A stretch of DNA of 63,973 bases, counting the filler, from a bacterium (GTDB lineage: Bacteria > UBA9089 > CG2-30-40-21 > SBAY01): assembly GCA_040757115.1 (NCBI GenBank). It is 7 parts of 7 records of this genome, joined end to end, with 100 filler letters (N's around TTAATTAATTAA, not from the genome) between each part and the next. Parts side by side here need not be neighbours in the genome. Positions count along the whole stretch, not along the records: positions 47,030 to 56,073 come from JBFLYA010000151.1; positions 56,174 to 63,973 come from JBFLYA010000175.1; 5 more parts are not named here. One strand, 5' to 3'. Numbering within the stretch: position 1 is the first letter of the stretch; each line of letters starts with the position of its first letter. The position numbers and the translations under genes are program-made. The notes under the pieces are model-generated. The model was not told the DNA's origin and searched no databases. It saw nothing but the letters and a program-made list of their open reading frames with translations. Of this stretch, positions 49,135 to 58,680 are shown one piece after another.

Positions 49135-49698
49135 ATGAAGATAAGAGTTGGTGTTATGGGCACTTCCGAAGGGGAATTAAACCCGGAAATTGTCAAAAAG
49201 GCTTATATTTTAGGAGAGGAAATAGCCAGGTGGGGTTGTGCCATACTTACCGGTGGTTGTCCTGGATTACCCTATGAGGCAACTAAAGGTGCTAAAGCAC
49301 AAGGAGGTATGACCATAGGTATTTCTCCAGCCTTAACATTAGAAGAACATATTAAAATATTTCATTCGCCAGCAGATGAAATTGATGTGATGATTTATAC
49401 TGGGAGTGGTTTAATGGGACGTGAAGTAACCGCAGTCCGCAGTTGTGATATTGTCATTATTGTTGGAGGACGCTCTGGAACACTCGGTGAATTCGCAATC
49501 GCTTATGACGAAGGAAAACTTATTGGTGTTTTAGAAGGAAGTGGCGGAATAGCAGATGAAATTAGAAGGATTGTTGAAACGATTAAAAAACCCACAGGTT
49601 CAAAAATTATCTATTCTACAAATCCAAAAGAATTAATTGCGAAATTATTAACCGTTCACCGCAGGGTTCAGGGCTCGGGACTCGGGGCTCGGGAATAA
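49135..49698 (+). CDS. LOG/SLOG family protein
   Basis: TGGCPGLP and GGRSGTLGEF. Confidence 0.85.
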   Translation: MKIRVGVMGTSEGELNPEIVKKAYILGEEIARWGCAILTGGCPGLPYEATKGAKAQGGMTIGISPALTLEEHIKIFHSPADEIDVMIYTGSGLMGREVTAVRSCDIVIIVGGRSGTLGEFAIAYDEGKLIGVLEGSGGIADEIRRIVETIKKPTGSKIIYSTNPKELIAKLLTVHRRVQGSGLGARE

Positions 49699-49932
49699 AA
49701 GAATCCCCTAACCCCTTAATCCCGCCAGCGGGGGAGACAAAAAAATAAAAATTTGGTGTCCTCTGCGAAATCTGCGGATATTTTCAGAGGAAACGCTCAT
49801 GCCCCTGCAGGGCACAAATGACGATAAAAATAAATGAAGGATACGGGCGGGGATGCTGAAGTCGAGCAACGCAGGCTAAAGCCTGTGGCTACCAGCCTTC
49901 CCGAGTCCCGAACCCCGAGTCCCGAGTCCCGA

Positions 49933-51948
49933 TTACTGATTACCTCTCTTTATGTCCTTGGCGCATCTAAAACCACTGCTATTTCGTGATTTATCTGGAG
50001 CAAGATAGTTTCGGATAAAACATTGGGTAGTAATTTGATTTCCCAAATAGGAGCCACCACGCCAAACACGATAATGACCAATATTTGGTCCTTTAGGATT
50101 TATTGAAGGACTATTTTCATAATAATTACTATCATACCAATCTGTAACCCATTCACAGACATTTCCAGCCATATCTTCACAACCATAAGGGCTCTTTCCC
50201 TCTGGAAAACTTCCCACTGGTGTTACTCTTTGCATGCTGATATTACATTTATTTCGGTCAAATATATCTCCCCAGGGGTATTTTCTTCCCCCTGTGCCTC
50301 TTGCCGCCTTTTCCCATTCTGCCTCAGTAGGTAGGCGTTTTCCTGCCCATCTGGCATATCTATTTGCTCCATCCCAGGTAACCTCTACGACTGGATATTT
50401 TTCATACCCAGCCTTTACCTTATACAGACCGTTTGGTTTTTCTATCTTACAATATTCGGACTCAAGATTAATATAACCGTCGTGCTTGCCCATCGCATTT
50501 AAAAACCTAACATACTGTTCATTAGTTACTTCATACTTATCCATATAGAAACTATCTAAATAAACTTTGCGTTGTGGATGTGTATTGTCTCCATTGTGCA
50601 TTCCCATAATAAATTCACCGCCCTCAACTAATACCATTTCTGAAGGAATTGGAAAATCTGCTTTTTGAGACAGAGATTTAACTCTTTCTAACTGGGTAAT
50701 TAATTCTTTTTTTTCGTTTTCAGCATTCTCTATTTTCTGATTTGCTATCTGCATTTGAGCCTCTAAGTTTTGTTTCACTCCTTCTAAATTCTGTAATTTA
50801 GTTTGCAATGTATATAATTTCTTTGCATAATCTCTTTGTGTGATTTGAAGTGTATTTTGATTTTTATTATATTTTTGGATAAAGTAACCAGCTATACTCA
50901 CCGCGATAATGATACCAATTATGCTTAAAATTGTAATCTTTTTCAATTTCAAAAAGGTTTCCTTATTAATGGTAATTTCATCTCTTTTTTGCTCAAAATC
51001 AATCTTTGGGGCACGATGCATTTCTAAATCTGAAAGTAACTCTTTTACCTCCTGATATCTCTTCTCAGGGGCTTTTGCTAAACATTTTCTTGTAATATTA
51101 TCTAACCATACCGGAATTTGAGGATTTAACTCTTTAAGTGGAATAGGGGTTTCAAATATGTGTTTATAGGCAATGGCAATTAATGTATCAGAGCCAAAAG
51201 GAGGTTTGCCAGTAAGAAGTTCATACAGGACAATGCCTACTGAATAAATATCAGTTCGAGCATCAATTTTTTCTCCTTTAACTTGCTCTGGAGACATATA
51301 CTCTGGAGAACCAACTATCAGAAGGTCAGGACTCGTTAAACCATTAAGCTCGGCAGATTTAGCTATACTAAAATCTCCTATCTTTACTATGCCGTCTTTT
51401 CTAATAAGGATATTCTGTGGTTTTATATCACGATTTATAATCTGGTTTTCATGGACTACTTGCAGTGCCTTTAATACCTGCTTTATAACTCCAACCGTCT
51501 CAATCGGAGATAAAATGTTTCTTTCTTGAAGTATACTCTTCAGGTCCTGACCATCAACATACTCCATAGAAATATACCATCTATTATCAAACTGACCAAT
51601 ATCATATATCCTGATTATATTATCATGGCTTAGTCTGCGAGTAATCTTTGTTTCTTGTTTGAATCGTTCGACAATTTCTTGATTCATAGATAGACCCGGG
51701 GCAAGCACTTTCAACGCCACTATCTCATCTAATATAAAATCTTTAGCCTTATAAACAATTCCTACTCCTCCTCTACCAATTGAACTAATAATTTCATATC
51801 TTTTGTCTATCTGATAATGTGGTTCAAATACAATATCAATCGCAGTGATAGGTAAATTTTTACTGATAGTAATTTCTTCGTTACATTCTGGACATAATAA
51901 GGAATTGGTGTTATCCAGGAAGTTGATTTGACATTTATTACAAATCAT
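49933..51948 (-). CDS. Ser/Thr protein kinase with TM helix, coiled coil and FGE-sulfatase (C-type lectin fold) domain
   Basis: GRGGVG, VALK, RDIKPQN, YMSPEQ; RLPTEAEWEKAARG, DMAGNVCEW, GFRCA. Confidence 0.92.
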   Translation of the reverse strand: MICNKCQINFLDNTNSLLCPECNEEITISKNLPITAIDIVFEPHYQIDKRYEIISSIGRGGVGIVYKAKDFILDEIVALKVLAPGLSMNQEIVERFKQETKITRRLSHDNIIRIYDIGQFDNRWYISMEYVDGQDLKSILQERNILSPIETVGVIKQVLKALQVVHENQIINRDIKPQNILIRKDGIVKIGDFSIAKSAELNGLTSPDLLIVGSPEYMSPEQVKGEKIDARTDIYSVGIVLYELLTGKPPFGSDTLIAIAYKHIFETPIPLKELNPQIPVWLDNITRKCLAKAPEKRYQEVKELLSDLEMHRAPKIDFEQKRDEITINKETFLKLKKITILSIIGIIIAVSIAGYFIQKYNKNQNTLQITQRDYAKKLYTLQTKLQNLEGVKQNLEAQMQIANQKIENAENEKKELITQLERVKSLSQKADFPIPSEMVLVEGGEFIMGMHNGDNTHPQRKVYLDSFYMDKYEVTNEQYVRFLNAMGKHDGYINLESEYCKIEKPNGLYKVKAGYEKYPVVEVTWDGANRYARWAGKRLPTEAEWEKAARGTGGRKYPWGDIFDRNKCNISMQRVTPVGSFPEGKSPYGCEDMAGNVCEWVTDWYDSNYYENSPSINPKGPNIGHYRVWRGGSYLGNQITTQCFIRNYLAPDKSRNSSGFRCAKDIKRGNQ

Positions 51949-51993
51949 ATTATTAACCTTTCAATAATTACATTTAGATTATTAATTTTATTA

Positions 51994-52012
51994 TTGCAAA
52001 TTTTATGCTAAC
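51994..52012 (-). promoter_or_regulatory. Sigma54-like -24/-12 motif upstream of the kinase
   Basis: GTTAGCATAAAATTTGCAA; the same 17-mer occurs at 53688. Confidence 0.55.
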
Positions 52013-52170
52013 TCTAATTTCTGTCTTGCTATTATTAGAGTTAAAGAAATTTACCACAAAAAATATCCTGCCTTTATTGTTCAATTATTAAACACTTCCA
52101 AAAGGTTAAAGGTATAACTTCTTGAGATACAAATAGTTACAACTTTTTTAAAAAAAATTTATTTTTTTGC

Positions 52171-52199
52171 TTGACAAAATAATTAAAATTAGATATAAT
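52171..52199 (+). promoter_or_regulatory. Consensus sigma70 promoter
   Basis: TTGACA-17 nt-TATAAT. Confidence 0.7.
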
Positions 52200-52507
52200 T
52201 TTTTTGCTTTGATTGGGATGGGAAAAATTTGAATATAAAGATAATAAGGGACCGAAGTGAGATACTATACCCTTTTAATATATACCACACATATAAATAA
52301 GAGAGAAAGAGTAACTTAAGTCAGTCTTGATGTTTATGCAAGGGAAAAATGTATTATTCTTTAACTCAATTAGTCTCTTAGATGTGTGGTATTTTTGTGT
52401 CTAATAGTTACCAAAAAATAAGGGCAAAAGTAACAGAAGAAAAAAACTAAGAATTACCCCCTCTTAGCTATTGGTTCTTCTTCACATTACCCTTGCCCTA
52501 TTTTTAT

Positions 52508-52536
52508 ATTATACACTATTTTTAAAAAAAAGTCAA
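52508..52536 (-). promoter_or_regulatory. Sigma70 promoter on the minus strand
   Basis: TTGACT-17 nt-TATAAT. Confidence 0.55.
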
Positions 52537-52567
52537 GATTTAATTTTAAAAAAATTAAGGTAAGATT

Positions 52568-53533
52568 ATGAGTAACTTTAATGGAATAGTTGGTAAAAGT
52601 GCCAAAATGCAACAGGTTTATCATCTTATAGATATATCTGCAAACACCAATGTTCCAGTTCATATCTATGGAGAAACTGGCACAGGTAAAGAATTAGTTG
52701 CTCGAGCTATACATAATCGAAGTAAAAGAAGAAATTATATCCCGATAAACTGTGCCGCCATACCTCATGATTTAGCCGAAAGTGAGCTATTTGGTCATGA
52801 AAAAGGGGCTTTTACCTCAGCCATTAAAGACCGATTAGGTAAGCTGGAATTAGCTCAAGGGGGAACTATACTTTTTGATGAAATTGGAGAGATGAGTATC
52901 CCTTTGCAGGCTAAATTATTGCGTGTTGTGGAAGATAAAATATTTTATCGAGTAGGTGGAACTAAACCTATTAATGTTGATATTAGAATAATTTCAGCCA
53001 CGAATAAATCACTATTAACTCAGGTTAAAAATGGACAGTTTAGAGATGACCTTTATTATCGGTTATCCGTGTTTCAGATAAATTTACCACCTTTACGAGA
53101 GCGTAAAGAAGATATTCCTGAATTAGTTAAGCACTTTATAAAAATGGCTAATGAGGAAACTAATAAAGATGTTAGGGATATTGATAGTCTGGCATTAACT
53201 AAATTAATGGAATATGATTGGCCAGGAAATATCCGTCAACTTAGCAATTGTATTCTCAAGGCAGTTATTATTGCCAGTCGTTCTCATATTACCATTGATG
53301 ATATTCACTTACCAATATTCATACCTACTAATGGAAAATTGAAGCTACAACAGGTGGATGAGGCGGCTTATGATAAAAAAGGTCAAGATTCATCTTCGTT
53401 AGTTGATTTAGAAATAACGGCAATTAAACGGATGCTTGAGGAAAAGAATGGAAATAAAAAAGAAACCGCTAAAGCATTAGGAATAGGTCGTTCATCTCTT
53501 TATTGGAAGATACGGAGATATAATTTAGCGTAA
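52568..53533 (+). CDS. Sigma54-dependent activator (AAA+ and Fis HTH) with no N-terminal sensor domain
   Basis: GETGTGKE, ESELFGHEKGAFTSA, FDEIGE, WPGNIRQL. Confidence 0.93.
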   Translation: MSNFNGIVGKSAKMQQVYHLIDISANTNVPVHIYGETGTGKELVARAIHNRSKRRNYIPINCAAIPHDLAESELFGHEKGAFTSAIKDRLGKLELAQGGTILFDEIGEMSIPLQAKLLRVVEDKIFYRVGGTKPINVDIRIISATNKSLLTQVKNGQFRDDLYYRLSVFQINLPPLRERKEDIPELVKHFIKMANEETNKDVRDIDSLALTKLMEYDWPGNIRQLSNCILKAVIIASRSHITIDDIHLPIFIPTNGKLKLQQVDEAAYDKKGQDSSSLVDLEITAIKRMLEEKNGNKKETAKALGIGRSSLYWKIRRYNLA

Positions 53534-53552
53534 GTGTCCAATAATTGGACAC
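53534..53552. promoter_or_regulatory. Palindromic enhancer-like (UAS) site
   Basis: GTGTCCAATAATTGGACAC; related sites at 52078-52095 and ~53595. Confidence 0.6.
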
Positions 53553-53687
53553 AAGACCTCTTTTATAGAAATTACAAGCAAATGTTTAAATTAGTGTCCA
53601 AAAATTAGAGTCTTTGGAAGTAATTTTGGAGAGGAAATACTTTATATAACTTTAAGTAAAGTAATAAGTAAGATAAGATTAAAAGAG

Positions 53688-53705
53688 GTTAGCATAAAAT
53701 TTGCT
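53688..53705 (+). promoter_or_regulatory. Sigma54-like -24/-12 motif
   Basis: GTTAGCATAAAATTTGCT. Confidence 0.55.
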
Positions 53706-53850
53706 CTTTTACGAGTAGGGGTAAGTAACTGGGTATAAGCAGTTGAACAACGGAGAATGATACCTGTATATGCTTATACCCGGTTAACAAATATTTACGA
53801 TAGGGGATTGATATAACTAAGGGAAAATAGTGATTATTTTTACACACTAT

Positions 53851-53893
53851 AAAAGCCAATAGTGGGTCAAGGACCTATTATTGGCTTTTTTTT
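53851..53893 (+). terminator. Intrinsic terminator-like hairpin in the leader
   Basis: AAAAGCCAATAGTGGGTC-AAG-GACCTATTATTGGCTTTTTTTT. Confidence 0.65.
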
Positions 53894-53912
53894 GTTTAGA
53901 GGAGGTCAATTT

Positions 53913-54779
53913 ATGAAAAAAATCATTAATATTGGTTGGTTAATTACTCTTATTCTAATAGTTGGTGGATACCTTTCATCAGTAGAGGCTATTTCTATTG
54001 TGCCAAGTATTGTAAAATTATCATTGACACAAGGAGAGAGTAAAAGCAATGTTTTTGAGATTAATAATGGCGGAGATGAAGAAGTTTATGTTGAGATATT
54101 CACAAAGGATTGGGTATTAGAAAACAATAGCCGGAAATTTGCACCTGCAGGCACACATTCCCAGTCATTAAGTAAGTGGATAACCTTTGAAGAAGAGAGT
54201 TTTACCCTTGCCCCAAAACAAAAACGCTCACTCCGATATGCAATAGATGTTCCACAAAACGCTGAAGGTGGATATTGGGGATTAGTTTGTTTCAATTCCC
54301 GACCATTAAAAAAGGGTGGCGGGGTTAGAGTTGCTACACAATTGGTATCTTTTGTTGGGGCTGAAATTACTGGAACTTTGAAAAAAAAGATTGAAATAAC
54401 TGAAATATCAGCAGAAAATATTAAAGATAGAGGATTCAGATTTCAAGCAAAATTGAAAAATCTCGGTAATTCACCTCTATTTCAACCATCTCCAGTGGGA
54501 AAGTTTAAAATTAAGGATAAAAACGATAATGTCATTGCCGAAGGAAATTTAGAAGGAAGAATGATTTTACCCAATGAAATCGGTGATTATACCTCCGAAT
54601 ATTTTAAATTAAACCCACATGACGAAAATAAGTATTTAACAACAATTATTTTTGACTATGGCGATACAAAACTTATTGGTAAAAAAGTTATACTGCCCAC
54701 AAACACATTTTATAATTGGCAGGTATTAGAGAAACCAGCAACTAAAGAGGCAACAGAAGCCAGTGGCAAAAAACAATAA
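53913..54779 (+). CDS. PapD-like / fimbrial chaperone-type Ig-fold exported protein
   Basis: GGAGG RBS; signal peptide; SIVPS..LSKWI..FTLAP..IDVPQNAEGGYWG. Confidence 0.65.
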   Translation: MKKIINIGWLITLILIVGGYLSSVEAISIVPSIVKLSLTQGESKSNVFEINNGGDEEVYVEIFTKDWVLENNSRKFAPAGTHSQSLSKWITFEEESFTLAPKQKRSLRYAIDVPQNAEGGYWGLVCFNSRPLKKGGGVRVATQLVSFVGAEITGTLKKKIEITEISAENIKDRGFRFQAKLKNLGNSPLFQPSPVGKFKIKDKNDNVIAEGNLEGRMILPNEIGDYTSEYFKLNPHDENKYLTTIIFDYGDTKLIGKKVILPTNTFYNWQVLEKPATKEATEASGKKQ

Positions 54780-56073
54780 TTTGTCTTTTTCAGGAGTTTT
54801 AATTATACTTTGGGCTTTATATCCTGAATCTTCTTTAGCCATATCTGGTTCTGGAAATTACACATTCGAACTTGAGGAAAATCTATCAATGGCAACTTAT
54901 AATCTTAATCTTAATGGAAGACAAAAAGATTTATATTTTAACTCATCAACCAATTTTCAGATTAATGTCCAGGATAAAAAACCTGATTTCACAAATACTC
55001 AACTAACTATTTATAACAAACTGTATAATTTAGCCTTATTTAATCTATCTTATGGAATAAGCCGATTGGTCGAGCCCAATTTGAATTTATTTGGGGTTAA
55101 ATTTGAAATGAAAAAAAAAGCACAGACATCAACTTTTTTTGCCGGAAAATCTGCTGGCTCTCAAGTTATGGGGATAAAAACAAACACAGAATATGGCTCA
55201 AATACATCTTATGGCTTATTTTTATGGGCTAAAGAAAATACTCAAATACTCGGGTTAGATTTCTCAAAACCTATCCATAAATTCTCAAACCTACAAGGTG
55301 AATGTTATTTAAATAACGAAAACCAGTGGGGATTACTTTTAAAAAATTTAATAAACTATAAAAAAACTACCTTACGAACTGAATATTCAATAATAAACAA
55401 TGTGCCTAACTTTAACTTGTTTGCCAACTACAAAACTAAAAGATTAAATACAGAAATTGAATATTCCAGAACCAATCAGGCTAATTTATGGAAATTAAAA
55501 GGTGATTTTAAAACGGACAAATTTAATGCCGGTGGATATATTTCCAATAAAAAGGATTTATCAGAAAGCTTATTATATAATGGCTATGTTGGGTATAATT
55601 TAAAAGTTTTAAAAAAGATTACTCCTTCTATTTTGTATTCACATTCTTACAGTCATCTCTCACAACTATCAACTGAAAATATCTATGATAGTCTTTTTTT
55701 AAAAACAACTTACCTTGAATCTAAATATCCGTTATCTATATCCACCAACATAGGAATTGAGATGGAAAAACAAGAAAGCCCGACTTCCATTAAAAGTGAA
55801 GTAACCTTTGAAAAAGGTCTGCAATTACGATATGAATATTATGGATTTAGACCGTGGGCAAATTTTAATGTAACAACAGGTGAGGATAAAATCAACACAT
55901 CTTACCAAAAACAATCAAATTCTATATCTTATGGAATTAGTAAAAATATTAGTCGAAAATTAAACATATCCTATAATTGTTATCAATCAGAAGATAAATC
56001 ACAATCTTCATCCGGAGAAAAAATTAATAATCGAATAAACAAATTCCTTACCCTTGATTATAAATTTCCAAAA
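54763..56073 (+). CDS. Probable outer-membrane beta-barrel protein, cut by the contig edge
   Basis: Signal peptide; Tyr/Asn-rich amphipathic strands; overlaps the chaperone gene. Confidence 0.55.
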
Positions 56074-56173
56074 NNNNNNNNNNNNNNNNNNNNNNNNNNN
56101 NNNNNNNNNNNNNNNNNTTAATTAATTAANNNNNNNNNNNNNNNNNNNNNNNNNNNNNNNNNNNNNNNNNNNN

Positions 56174-56300
56174 ATTGATTGTGGAAAACAACAAATTTCC
56201 ATAAATTTCTATTAGTTTCTATTAATTTCAATTTTTTTAATAATATCTCCCTATCTCCTTAATCTCCACATCTCCTTTTGTTACACCACCTGAACGCTTA
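56174..56300 (+). mobile_element. Right part of the 237-bp MITE at a contig edge
   Basis: Matches ~18050-18176. Confidence 0.9.
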
Positions 56301-56324
56301 ATGGGAATCTTACAGGAGCGGACA

Positions 56325-57572
56325 ATGACTAAAAAAGTCCTGAAAGACCTAAATACTGAAATAGAAAGGTTAATCGCAGCTGGAGAAGAAAAAGGATATG
56401 TTACTTATGATGAAATAAATGAAATACTTACTGAAAATGATGCCTGGTCACCTTATTTAGAAAAAATCTTTGCTAAATTAGAAGAAAAGGATATCGAAAT
56501 TCAGGATAATGGAAAGATGGATGAGGTAGTTGTAGAGAAAGAACCAGAAGAAACAACTCCTGTTGACCCCCTTAAACTCTACTTAAAAGAGATTAACCAG
56601 ATACCCCTTTTAACCCCAATAGAAGAAAGAAGATTAAGTCGGCAAATAGAAATCGACCACCTAAAAATAAAAGAAATCGAAATAAAAAGTGGCCTTTCTG
56701 AAAGAAGACTAAAGGAATTATATAATAAATGGCAATTAAAAGAAATAAGGAAAAGTGATTTGCCACCATCTTTAAAAAAATTACCTAATAAAGAAATAGA
56801 TAAATTCTTGCGAACCGTAGAGATACTTGAAAACAAAATCGAGGTTATCAAACGGAAATTTATTGAGTCTAATCTCCGATTGGTTGTAAATGTAGCGAAA
56901 AGATATGCACATCACAAATTAAGTCTTTTAGATTTAATTAATGAGGGAAATTTAGGACTAATTCGGGCAGTAGATAAATATGATTATAAAGAGGGGTTTA
57001 AGTTCAGCACCTATGCTATTTGGTGGATAAAGCAGGCGATTAACCGAGCAATTTTAGAACAGGGTAGAACAATTAAAGTTCCTGTTTATATGATGGAAAC
57101 AATTAATCGGTGTCTAAAGACAATAAATAAACTATCGCAGGAATTAGGCCGGGAGCCAACATTAGAGGAAATCGGAACCAAAATGAAACTCCCAGTTAGT
57201 AAGGTGATTGAAATTATCAATATTACTCAAGAACCTATCTCTTTAGAAACCCCGATAGGCATAACTGGAGAAAATGAATTAAGTGAATTGATTGAAGATA
57301 AGGCAAGTCTGCCTCCATCAAAGGCGATATTCTTTACTATGTTACAAGAACAAGTTCAGGAAATAGTAGATACTCTTCCTGAAAAAGAAAGACAACTTCT
57401 AAAATTACGCTTTGGATTAGATGGGTTAGAACCTCATACCTTAACTGACATAGGTAGGATATTAGGTCTAACAAGAGAAAGAGTTAGACAATTAGAAAAA
57501 AGAATACTTGATAATCTTCGCAAAAAAAAGATTACTAAACAATTATATGATGATTTTCTGGGAGAAGAATAA
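56325..57572 (+). CDS. RpoD-like sigma70 factor with region 1.1
   Basis: DPLKLYLKEI, SNLRLVVNVAKRY, DLINEGNLGL, KFSTYAIWWIKQ, LTRERVRQLE. Confidence 0.92.
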   Translation: MTKKVLKDLNTEIERLIAAGEEKGYVTYDEINEILTENDAWSPYLEKIFAKLEEKDIEIQDNGKMDEVVVEKEPEETTPVDPLKLYLKEINQIPLLTPIEERRLSRQIEIDHLKIKEIEIKSGLSERRLKELYNKWQLKEIRKSDLPPSLKKLPNKEIDKFLRTVEILENKIEVIKRKFIESNLRLVVNVAKRYAHHKLSLLDLINEGNLGLIRAVDKYDYKEGFKFSTYAIWWIKQAINRAILEQGRTIKVPVYMMETINRCLKTINKLSQELGREPTLEEIGTKMKLPVSKVIEIINITQEPISLETPIGITGENELSELIEDKASLPPSKAIFFTMLQEQVQEIVDTLPEKERQLLKLRFGLDGLEPHTLTDIGRILGLTRERVRQLEKRILDNLRKKKITKQLYDDFLGEE

Positions 57573-57596
57573 GGAAACAAGGAGGTTATTAAAAAG

Positions 57597-58337
57597 ATGA
57601 AAGAGGTAATTTTAATGTGGCAGAATACAAGAATGGTTGTGTTATGCGCGGTTTGTGCCAGCGTATATACGGCAATACTTATTCCTTTTAAAATCGCAAC
57701 CATAATTCCAGGTTTTACCGAGATACGACCTGCGGCGGTTTTACCTGTTGTCTTTTCACTTATGTTTGGACCAGCGGGTGCCTGGGGGTCTGCGTTTGGT
57801 AATTTAATTGGCGATTTCTTTGGAACTTTGGGACCGGGCTCATTTTTTGGATTTATCGGTAACTTCTTGTATGGATTTATACCATATAAGGTCTGGCAAT
57901 ATATCTCAAAACAAGACCCTGTTTTCAATACCCCAAAGGTAGTTATAAATTATTTTTGCTGTATTGCTTTAAGTTCCTCAATATGTGGAATGTTTATTGC
58001 CTGGGGGGTGGATTTGTTAGGATTTGTCCCGATAACCCTACTGGCGAATATCATTACTCTAAATAATTTTCTTGTTTGTGTTATCCTGGGACCATTTCTG
58101 CTTGTTATTCTCTATCCGAGAGTGAAGAAATGGAGATTACTTTATTCCAATATCTTAACTGAATTACCAAAACCAGGAAAATTTGCTGGAATTGGTATTT
58201 TATGTTTATTAATTGGTAGCATTGGCGGGCTTATCATCATCAACTTAGGTAGTTTTGGTTTTATTCAATGTCCAATAACCTGGTGGACAATGACACCAGT
58301 TGTGTTACTGATTATTATTGGAACACTGCTTATTTGA
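57597..58337 (+). CDS. queT: QueT-family ECF transporter S component
   Basis: IIPGFTEIRPA..FGPAGAWGSAFGNLIGD. Confidence 0.75.
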   Translation: MKEVILMWQNTRMVVLCAVCASVYTAILIPFKIATIIPGFTEIRPAAVLPVVFSLMFGPAGAWGSAFGNLIGDFFGTLGPGSFFGFIGNFLYGFIPYKVWQYISKQDPVFNTPKVVINYFCCIALSSSICGMFIAWGVDLLGFVPITLLANIITLNNFLVCVILGPFLLVILYPRVKKWRLLYSNILTELPKPGKFAGIGILCLLIGSIGGLIIINLGSFGFIQCPITWWTMTPVVLLIIIGTLLI

Positions 58338-58680
58338 GGGATTCGGGACTCGGGGCTCGGGACCCGGGACTCGGGAAGAAAAGAATCCCCGAACCCCGAT
58401 TTTCAGGGGAACGCTCATGAGCTTGCGGCTCACAAAGGGGGATGAAAATAATGAAAGAACAACCCCCTAACCCCCTTTATTAAGGGGGAATATCTGTTCT
58501 AAATCATAGGATACGAGTCTGTGGATACTATACTAATTCGCTAATCTCTAATTCACTAATTCGCTATTTTCAGGGGAAAGTATAGGACGCAGATAAACGC
58601 AGATTTTCAGGATTTTTAAATATACATCCTGATAATCTGCGAAAATCTGCGTCCCATAATCTATTTTCAGGAGAAGTATT

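Noticed and set aside
49933-50090. FGE-sulfatase C-terminus as a DGR variable region
   Set aside because: The fold is a common DGR target, but no template repeat or reverse transcriptase is in the window and the codons show no clear NNY signature.
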